A stretch of DNA of 56,558 nucleotides, the filler included, from Dirinaria sp. TL-2023a (lineage: Eukaryota): the NCBI GenBank assembly GCA_051941275.1. It is 4 parts of 4 records of this genome, joined end to end, with 100 filler letters (N's around TTAATTAATTAA, not from the genome) between each part and the next. Parts side by side here need not be neighbours in the genome. Positions count along the whole stretch, not along the records: positions 42,501 to 56,558 come from JAVEBF010000629.1; 3 more parts are not named here. One strand, 5' to 3'. The notes below the pieces were generated by a model that saw nothing but the letters and a program-made list of their open reading frames with translations, searched no databases and was not told the DNA's origin. Made by a program: the position numbers and the translations under genes. Shown here piece after piece: positions 47,711 through 56,558 of the stretch. Position 1 is the stretch's first letter; the number at the start of each line of letters is the position of its first letter.

Positions 47711-50647
47711 GCTCGTCGAGGGGGTCAAGGTCAAGTGAGGCTCAGAGCCCAAGAAAGTGATGAGTATCAGCGGAACTGGGCTGGAGGGAACAAAGTCTCA
47801 GGAGGGTGGTTCAAGGACTTGGTAGAACACGGGCGTTCAAAGGTATGTGTGAGCCCTGTATATAGGAAACCGAATCTCGTGACACCGAGACTCGGCAAGG
47901 AGACTAAAGAGAAAGTTATTCAACGAAAGACAGTGGTACACCAGGTAGTGAGGCGAGAAAGAGATGGTTAAGTATGAGCAAGGTGGGGAGAGATGCCTGA
48001 TCTTAGCTCGACATGCCCGCAGAGAATGGTGGGATGGATGCCTTGAAGGATCACGCTATAGTCCTGCTAGTACCACTAGTATGAGAGTATCCGGATTGCT
48101 TGCAACATTTTGTTTCGTGTGCAAACGAGATCAACTACAATAAGGTATTCTTGTTCGACAGCGCGGGGCGACAAAGAGAACCAGGGCCTGCGTTGAGTGG
48201 ACGGGTGGGATAAGTGTTGCAGTTGCAGGAGACGCCCCGTGGCTGCAGCTTATTGACCGTTTGACGAATTGCAGCCATGCGCGCTACAGGGCGATTTGCA
48301 TGGGAGATGGCCGTAGTAGCTGAACTTACCTTGACCACGGCCACATTGCCATCCTCCTGCCTTACTACTCCCTCGGCAAGTGGCAACAATTATCCCAGGG
48401 TTGCCAAGCAGATTGCCGGATGTGCATTGCATTTACGCCCTGCTTCAATGCACAGCCACCCCTGTCCAGGGATGCATCATGCCTCCGTTGGCTGACTGGG
48501 GCCTTCAATCGTAGAGGCGTCTACAGGACAAATCGTGTGGTGGAAGCAGACGTTTGGGGTAGCACTTCCTGAAGCAGTGTCTGTTATCGGGGGAGAATGA
48601 TGATGATGAATCAGAGGAGATACGGTACGAAGACAGCGCGTGGTGATACTGTTTCGGACCCCAGACTCGCCCAGAGTCTTCTGACTCGGTCTTGGCGCAT
48701 TGATTGGCCAATCTTCACCAAGCCAGAGAGAGTGAGAGACACGTTTTACCTCAAAGGCGTTAAGACTCGAAAACCAACAGAAATGAAACCGGTCAGGGAC
48801 TAAGGATAGAAGCCCTGTGGGGAGAGACGGTGTCGAACTATCATGGAACCTATCCGAATTGCCGAACCAGAACTCACACTCATCGATAAATCACGATGTG
48901 CGCTGGTGGCGCTAAAAGGCTTAGCCGGTTAGTCCTCTGCCCTGCGCCCCGTCAATACTACTAGTACAGTATTGATTGACTTGATGGAAAGCCGAAAGGA
49001 CAGTAAGGTATGTACAGCCCAACGTCCTATGGCTTGGCCCCCCTTCGGCCCCTCCTGTTCACGCTCGATGGCTCACAGGCGGGCTCCTGCACGAGTCCTG
49101 CGCCCTACCAATCCAAAGCTCGACGGGACGGTTTCCTTGCAAGCGCAGACCCAAGCCGGACCCGAATAATAATGTAAGTGTCAGAGGTGATCCACGATCC
49201 ACGATCCATTCATCAAGCCACCAGAAGCCCAGGACCGCAGGCCATTATTATTATTGAATTGGATTACTAAATGTACTAATTGATACTAGCGCGGACCGTA
49301 CCCGTGGTTCAATGATCGTCCTTCCGCAAGCACGAGGCATATCGTCAGGCGGCTTCCGATTTAATAATGACAGACTGAAGACGACGATGTCCCGGTAGAT
49401 CTGAGCGATCCGTTGCACAAAGAGGTGATGAAAGTGAGGCTCAATACTGATGGCTTGCAAGAAGGCAACCATGCGTGCATTCGCCACAGATTGCCCCACA
49501 CACGGGGAATCCTGGCAAAGCAAATCGTTTCTGGTACGATACTAGGAGCAGAGCGACTAGGGGGTGCGCCGGTTACGCGGTCTTTCGATCGCAGGAAATT
49601 CCCGATCGGTGTTTGCTGCGCAGTGTAAGGTAGGCAACTAGGCAGAATGAGATATTACTGTACTGTACCTACTGTCCTGCTTTGACATGTGCTCGTACGA
49701 CGTGTGGCTCCTTTTCTGTGTGCCGTCAACCGGGCAATAATCATGGGCAGGCGCTCCAATTACGACTCGTACCCGCCACTCCCAGCTTGCACTTTCCTTT
49801 CCTGCTAGAACACTCAGGTGTCACAGCATAAGGTAATCCAGGTTGGAATTTTGGGGAGACGCGCAATACTGACATGCACAATGGAAGCCTCGCCCTCCTC
49901 CCAGGTGGGCTTGGCATGGCTTGCGCCGTTTGGTAGAGAATGACCATCCTTGGATCCGAGCCGAAAAGAGCCCGCTTGGAGTAACACGGACGAGGAGATA
50001 GAAAATCTCTCATGCAACGCGTGTAGGTACATGGAATACTGCTCCTCCTCAGCGAAGCAAAGCTTTTGCCTAGGCGAAGGAATCAAACTACCTTATGGCA
50101 CCGGCGTCTGAAAATCGTCAGACGCCTGCTCCCGGGCATCCAGGATCATCCTTGAGAGATGGATTCTGCAGAGTTGTTCCGACACGCGGGTGATGGCGCT
50201 GGATTCCATCGCCTTTGGGTGGAGGGGATGGTGATGTGATTGGGAGCCTCGCCACATTCACTTCTGAAAGTTGAAGCTCGTAACGCGATAGCAGCGAAGC
50301 TTTCATCAGCTTGTTCATGGCCCCAACATACCGTCTGCCAAGGACATGTTGGCCTTCTAATCCGTCAATTCCGTATTCTCCATTCAAGGCCTGTGCACTT
50401 CTGTGAGGCGGTGGTTCCGCTTTCCTTGCATAACGATCATTTGATGTATGTAATCATCGAGATGTTACTCGTCAGATACATGAGGCTTAGCCTTCTGAGA
50501 GACGCAAGACCTTACTCAACGCGAGAAATGTTGGCGATCCCAAGCACGTCCCTGAATAATCCCTCTTCTGAACCTATCAACCTACGTATCCGTATGGATC
50601 GCTTACAGATTTGTCGTAAGAAGATCAAATCAGAACGTGCAGGGTAA

Positions 50648-51814
50648 TCAAGAAGATGTCTCTGAACTCAGCTTTTGGCTCAAAGTCCAGAGCTTCTCAG
50701 CAGACGAAGCGTCCTGTGCAAAGTCCAGGAGCGATGTAAGCTGGCAATCCTCCATGTATGCTCCGGAAGGATCTAAAACCGTCTATTAGTCTCGAACAGT
50801 TACCGAACAGGAGAGCCACATACTCGAGAGCTTTGGATCCAGTGCCGCTACGAGTGCGGTGCTAACACCCTGACTTAAGGATTTCATTGGTAGCATGGCA
50901 AAAGTCTGCTGCGTAATCTCTTTGTCCATGTGTCTCCAGAGTTCTGTAGCGATCGCTGGAGAGCTGGTCAATAACAATAGTCTCACTTTTGCAAGCAAAG
51001 GCTGTACCTCCGGGGTGTATGCAGATAGCTGTAATGCCATTATTGTTGTACAATTTCGCGAGCTGTACAGTAAAGAGCATGATTGCGGTTTTGCTCTGGC
51101 CGTAAGCGATGGTGGGTGTATACTCTAGCGTCCATGGCAAACCATATTGTTTGCACAATTCTTTCGAAGGCTGCTCAGCCTCGGGAATGGGATTGCCATC
51201 GAAATTGTAATCTGCAAAGCGGAAAGGAGAGAAAGCATAACCGTTACTACCGACGTTCACTATCCGACTGCCTTGCGAGGCGGTCAAGAGCGGCATGAGG
51301 CCTGTTGTGAGCAAGAATGGCCCCAGGTGATTAACAGCAAGGTGCATCTCAAAGCCGTCTTCGCTCAGCCGACGTTCAGGAACATTCATGACTCCTGCAT
51401 TGTTGACGAGGATATCGATGTGCTGTGCGAAGGATTTGATTTCCTTGACGCCGGTTCTTATTGAAGTGAAAGATGCCACGTCCAGCTTCACCATCCGAGT
51501 CGGCACCTGGACGGAGAATTGGGCTACAACAGCCTCTACTTTTTGGACCGTGCGGCCTGTGAGAATGAGGAGAGCTGGTTCATGACGAGCAACGCTCTTT
51601 GCGAACGCCTCTCCAAGGCCATTAGGACTGACACCCGTGATCAAGACTGTTGTGATAGGAAATGGCAGTCAGGAACCAGACGACTTCATCGGAAGAGAAC
51701 ATAAGCTCGCACAGATCGACGTATCATACTTGTCTTGCCCTTGATCGAGTCAGAGAAAGCAGTAACCACCTCGTCAGCTTCGGTTTTCTCGTCGAAAGAT
51801 GTTGTACTCGTCAT
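50648..51814 (-). CDS. Short-chain dehydrogenase/reductase (WWOX/retinol dehydrogenase-like), 4 exons
   Basis: MTSTTSFDEKTEADEVVTAFSDSIKGKT|ILITGVSPNGLG; NNAGVM; VNHLGPFLLT; catalytic YGQSK; IHPG; last exon SGAYMEDC...AEKLWTLS; three GT-AG introns. Confidence 0.9.
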
Positions 51815-52744
51815 TATGAGAATATACTCCCTGAAGATCGAAGAATCAAAAGCGCTTTTTCGGGTCCCTTTTAGATACAGATGCTACAACGTCGGTAACA
51901 TCGATCTGTATAGGTATCCTTTCAGCTGTTGCCCGCAGACCAACTTCCGTGCTTCGACCTTTTTGTCGTTCACAGGATTCTGGGCCAATTTCAGGCGACC
52001 ACCTCTCGGTTACCGGAAGTTCGTAGGATTTCTAAGTTTCCGAGGTCATTGGATTTGATAGGCCCCCACCGTACCTATGGCTGCCCTATGGACAAGCTCG
52101 AAAGACTCCCAATCCCATACTCAAGCTAAGAAGCATGACAATGAAAATATTTCAATATGCAGGGTCGGTCTGCGCTAAAATTACTGTGCAAAGAGAAGGG
52201 GTTTTAGGTGACTACTTTAGACTCAAAAATGCTTTTCCCCAACATGCCGGGTCTTAAGTTTTGCGACCAACAATTAATTACCTCACCTCACCTCATAAGG
52301 ACTTCTAAAGCAAAGGGAAATTGCTATGGATGGAACACAGAAAAGAGGTGACCCCCAGAAACACCATATATGAATGTCCAATGGGAGCCACGACAGTTTC
52401 ATTGCGACATGGGACAGGTGAGGGCCGATGAGCGTGCATGCAGCTCGTTCCTTTGCGAGTCGCATGATACGATCGGGATCCACGTTCAATAGGATTGAGA
52501 TATGGCAGGAAACGCACAATGGATGTGTCATTGATGCCTCCATGTCTATGTACAATGCAAGGTCCCTAATCTATTACAATGCTTTTCTGGTCTAGGTGCA
52601 CGAAGGCCGGCCTCGCGCAGAATTAGAATATTAGGCATTAATCGTAAATCCTCGCGAAACGCTCAACAAACAGGGCGACTGGACTTTTTGAGTTGATCAA
52701 GCAGCTGAGCAGGGTCTCAGCCTCAAGGAACCTGTCGGACATAA

Positions 52745-54805
52745 TCATCTCAAAGGGACCTTGACATCTGCAACGCCTCGCCGGATAACCTCGCTCAGTT
52801 GCCAGCGTGGTGGTTGAATGGCAACCTCACCGCGTCCGTCGCTCTTGTCTCGGCGTTTCCAGGCTTTCTCCATCTCCGCCGTCACACCCTCGGGCAGAGG
52901 CTCGGCACCGCCAGCGATCCCGGAAGAGAATTTGAGCTGCAACACATTACCAATCTCGTCACAAGCGCTCAGTAGCCTGTCTAGGTCGTCCTTAGTGTGG
53001 GCTGCAGACACGCAGAACCGGGCTCTTGATGATACGAGCGGCGTTGCTGGATAGCCAACGACGACGACGGATATCTTTCGTTTGAGCATTTCGTGGGAGA
53101 AAGCAGGCATCTTTGCGGGATTGTAGACAAGAAGGGGGATAATGGGCGAGTCATCATGGCCGAAGACAATGAATCCCAGGCGTTTAAGTCCCAGCCGGAG
53201 GTAGCGAGAATTGAAAGCTAGCCTTTGAAGCCGTTCCTCACCTTGCCCTGGCACGATCTCTCCAATTATGATTCTCAGAGCGCTCGCTATCTGCGCCAGT
53301 ACAACCGGGGTTGGAGCCTCCCCATACAGAGTCCCAGCGTTGGTAACTCGTAACTTGTCAATGATCGACTTGTCTCCAGCGATATAGCCGCCATTGGCGC
53401 CGAAGGACTTGGTAAGGGTCCCCATCAGGAGATCCACGTCAGCAGTGTCAACGCCGAAGTAATCGCAAACCCCTCTTCCGTTCGGGCCTAGTGCTCCAAT
53501 CGAGTGTGCTTCGTCGACGAAGAGGTTGAATTTATACCTCTTTTTCAATCGAATCAGTGCTGGTAGGTTGCACATTGTGCCTTCCATAGAGTAGAGCCCT
53601 TCGACAACAACAAGGATCTTTTTCCAGGGTCTGTGGGTGCGTGGTTGCCCTTGCGATATGCGTTCTCGCAAAAGCCTCTCGAGGTCGTGGATATCATTAT
53701 GTCTAAACATTTCAATCATTGCGCCAGACAACCGAGCGCCAAATCGAATTGACGCGTGGTTAAGCTCATCCGAGATGAGAAGGCAGCCTTTACCAACCAA
53801 CGCGGGTAGAGTGGAGGCATTCGTGCCAAAGCCCATGGAGAAGACTATTGCTGAGGGTTTACCGACGAACTTGGCGACAAGCTCTTCGACCTCCAGATGC
53901 AGCTCGGAAGTGCCAGCATCGGCACAAGCGCTTGACAAGCTCATACCATGCTTCTTAACCGTCTCCTCAACCGCATCAGCGCAAGGGCCTTCGGATTGTG
54001 CAAATCCGAGATAATTGTACGAGCTCATATTCAAAGTCTCTGTCGTGGTGCCGGTAAGCTTAAAGTGGAGATTGAAATCGTCCGATTCTCGATCAATTAA
54101 TGTGATATATCTTCCCGGAACCCCAGTCGTAGGCCTTGCAAAGCAATCATTGATGCGCATTTTCAGTCTCCGCACGTAGAAATTGTCGAAATCATTGTTC
54201 AGAGGAGCGTATCCATTGCGTGCCTTCAAGTGCCGGTAGTGCTCCTCTCGAAACCGTTTCCCGAAGAAATCTCTTACATGCCCAAATATTATTAGAATTA
54301 GGTAGCTGATATACGTGGTGAGGAGGTAATAATAGGGAGGCTCGTCCATTACAGGTTCCGCGAAGTCAGCGCCCTGGTGGCGGCTGGTGTACCTGTGCGT
54401 TGAGTGGCCCAATGGCCCAAATTGGGCGTGCTGCCTCGCTATTCGGCGTGCTTCTGCCGGCGACGGTGGCTGAAACAGGGTCGTGGGCGGTTCATCTGTA
54501 TTCGCGCTATCTGCTCGCGCTGTTGAAAGCGAGATCGTAGGCAATGAGAGCGTAGGCGAGGTGATCTGCTGAGAAGGCGAGCTGAGATAGTTTTGTTGTT
54601 GCGCCGCGGCGGCAGCGAGTAGAGCAGCAGTAGCCGTCTGGTTCTCGCTTCTGGCTTTGGGCGAACCCGAAAAGAACTGGGCCAACTTGTTCGGTCGCGG
54701 TGTTGATGTCCTCCGCGTCATATCTGGCTTTTCACTGAAATATGAGGAAGGTTGAGGGATGGTTGGAGGTGAACTGGCAAATGGATTGAAGAGCTTCCGA
54801 GCCAT
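52745..54805 (-). CDS. LCB2: Serine palmitoyltransferase catalytic subunit Lcb2, intronless
   Basis: DFDNFYVRRLKMRINDCF; NMSSYNYLGFA; SDELNHASI; DEAHSIGA; PLP-lysine motif GTLTKSFG; VGYPATPL. First ATG is MARKLFNPF. Confidence 0.96.
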   Translation of the reverse strand: MARKLFNPFASSPPTIPQPSSYFSEKPDMTRRTSTPRPNKLAQFFSGSPKARSENQTATAALLAAAAAQQQNYLSSPSQQITSPTLSLPTISLSTARADSANTDEPPTTLFQPPSPAEARRIARQHAQFGPLGHSTHRYTSRHQGADFAEPVMDEPPYYYLLTTYISYLILIIFGHVRDFFGKRFREEHYRHLKARNGYAPLNNDFDNFYVRRLKMRINDCFARPTTGVPGRYITLIDRESDDFNLHFKLTGTTTETLNMSSYNYLGFAQSEGPCADAVEETVKKHGMSLSSACADAGTSELHLEVEELVAKFVGKPSAIVFSMGFGTNASTLPALVGKGCLLISDELNHASIRFGARLSGAMIEMFRHNDIHDLERLLRERISQGQPRTHRPWKKILVVVEGLYSMEGTMCNLPALIRLKKRYKFNLFVDEAHSIGALGPNGRGVCDYFGVDTADVDLLMGTLTKSFGANGGYIAGDKSIIDKLRVTNAGTLYGEAPTPVVLAQIASALRIIIGEIVPGQGEERLQRLAFNSRYLRLGLKRLGFIVFGHDDSPIIPLLVYNPAKMPAFSHEMLKRKISVVVVGYPATPLVSSRARFCVSAAHTKDDLDRLLSACDEIGNVLQLKFSSGIAGGAEPLPEGVTAEMEKAWKRRDKSDGRGEVAIQPPRWQLSEVIRRGVADVKVPLR

Positions 54806-56132
54806 GACGGTGACAGTAATCTTGGTCAGTCGCGCCAATTGAGGGGATTCGAAGAGGCCAATTGTGATTTGCAGGCAGCAATGGTGGATGATGCGCGGGC
54901 GAATGTTGTGATATGTTCACCGAGATCTAAAACGGGGTGGTCTTGGTGGCGGTGCAAGAAGGCGAAGCGGTTGAGGTTTCAAGGTAGGGATTGTGGATGA
55001 AGGGTAACTGGGTAAGGGTAAGGTAGGTAAGGATGCGGAGGTTGTTGTGGGAGAAGTGGAAAAGGATCAGAGCGCGGTGGCCTGCACAGAGCCCCTTTCG
55101 AACCCCAATTAATGTACTGTATGAGCTGGTAAAGGCCTAAGGTACCTAAAAAGTGATGTAAGGTAGGTATGCAGAGAATAATAATGACGCGAGGTCGGCC
55201 AATGTCGGATCCGAGGCTTTGCGGAACAACTGCCCGAGCGCCTTTTGACGGTACTCGTACTCGTACCTGTACCTGACTGCCTGTTTCTTGGTTGCAACAG
55301 CCACAGCAGGCCAGATATCGCGATAGAGGGATATAAAGGGTTGGTGATGACTTTGAACGGATTTTGAAGGACGCGCCCAAGTGCCGATAGCTTACTGTAC
55401 TGGATTGCTGGATTGCTGAGGTGATTTGGGGGGAGTCCTGTATTACTCAGCCACGCACCGCTCGGTAAGAATGTAGTTTGGCCTCGATCGGGTCAACACA
55501 ACGCGCTGGAATAAACCCAAAGCAGAATCGCGAGAAGGACAGGACGGGGCAGGACACATAAATGAGCGTGTAGGATAGTCATGAGAAGGGGTTGGTCAAT
55601 CAGGTACGAGAGAGAGCAACAATTATGATTAAAAGATGGTGGGAAATTGCCTTCTCACGGTCCATCGGTCTGGCTGACATTTTAGAACAACGGCTCGCCT
55701 CGGATGCTTGCGGCTAATTTTTTTTTCTGGGCGAGTAATGGACTAATGGTATGATTTGGTGCCGAGGGGCCCCCTTTTTTCTAGACCTCTTCCCGTAAGG
55801 CTGGTGAGGCTGGTGGTCTTCCGTACCGTCGGAAATTCGTAATCCCGTTCCCGCCCCACCATTCGTCCAATTTCCATTCATCTTCCAGATCACGATTTGA
55901 CGGCAAGGATGGATGACTAAACAACCTCAGAATTGGTCGTATCCATATGAGCCATACTGCCACAGAGTTCTCAATGGACACAGGACCGAGGGATACTCCT
56001 TGCCTGGACCCCCTCGGACCCGCGTGATCACCACTTGAGCTCAGTGAGAGCTCTTCACAATAATGATTACTTAGCTGATACTTCAGCCTGGGCCTATAGT
56101 CGCCTGTAGTCCTCTGAAGGTCATTCCGCGCC

Positions 56133-56342
56133 ATGGACGAGGTCAGGCAACTGAAGCTCTGGGAGCATCCCAATGCTCGCTCCACCCGCACATTCGAGTT
56201 CAAGGAACTCATCGAGCGCAAATATAAGGTGAACCTGGAAAACTATGAAGACCTTCGAAAATGGAGCATCTCCCATCTCAGCACTTTCTGGGAAGAAGTC
56301 TGGTATTTTACCGGAATCCGAGTATCAGCTCCATTCTCAACG
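56133..56342 (+). CDS. Exon 1 of a probable acetoacetyl-CoA synthetase (rest outside the window or missing)
   Basis: LWEHP...F...Y...L..YEDLRKWSI....FWEEVWYFTGI is the N-terminal motif of acetoacetate-CoA ligases; followed by donor GTAGGT at 56343. Confidence 0.75.
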
Positions 56343-56558
56343 GTAGGTGGTTGTTCACGGCTCTTCCTGTATGTTTCTTCGTGATGGATATTGGTGTGAC
56401 AGGATCGTTTCGGATAGAATCTTGGGCACCCTAGTGGTACCCTTTCTACATTTTCATCGTCGTTGGCTTGAATACTCGTAGTATTATTCAATGGGCTGAA
56501 TAGCAGCTGGTATTCCGACAACCCATCTTGCAAATGCCCGGACAATCGCACAGAACAG

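Noticed and set aside
48000..50640. Many 60-135 aa ORFs in the long intergenic region
   Set aside because: No recognisable motifs, consistent codon bias or splice structure; many rely on non-ATG starts.
54806..54838. TTG-initiated N-terminal extension of LCB2 shown in the ORF track
   Set aside because: Product of bacterial-style start rules; the first in-frame ATG at 54805 gives a plausible N-terminus and nothing supports near-cognate initiation.

Overview
Gene-dense, intron-containing genomic DNA from a filamentous ascomycete (Pezizomycotina; possibly a lichen-forming Lecanoromycete, a weak inference from one gene family). It consists of four contigs joined by three artificial 100-nt spacers (N44-TTAATTAATTAA-N44). 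I built about 20 protein-coding gene models by hand from GT..AG introns and branch points: an orphan ORF, RRN6-like, SPC25, SNU23, a secreted GH45/expansin-like DPBB protein, CRM1, a GH3 beta-glucosidase, an EXPERA-like membrane protein, a cytochrome P450, FIT/SCS3, a basic low-complexity protein, the head-to-head myosin-motor chitin synthase pair (class VII csmB / class V csmA), a gap-truncated MRPL51, TPI1, a small secreted protein, a hypothetical protein, an SDR, LCB2, and exon 1 of an acetoacetyl-CoA synthetase. I saw no tRNA, rRNA, CRISPR array, transposon or biosynthetic backbone gene, and I cannot support a new multi-gene system. The best leads are: (1) a NuSAP-like motif plus forkhead promoter sites in the 26-28 kb protein, suggesting an unrecognised fungal spindle protein; (2) a CCAAT/GCCAAG tandem array flanked by CreA-like direct repeats upstream of TPI1; (3) a divergent GH45/expansin-like secreted protein; (4) an uncharacterised small secreted protein family member; (5) a possible intronic H/ACA RNA. 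All family assignments come from motif recognition from memory, not database searches.
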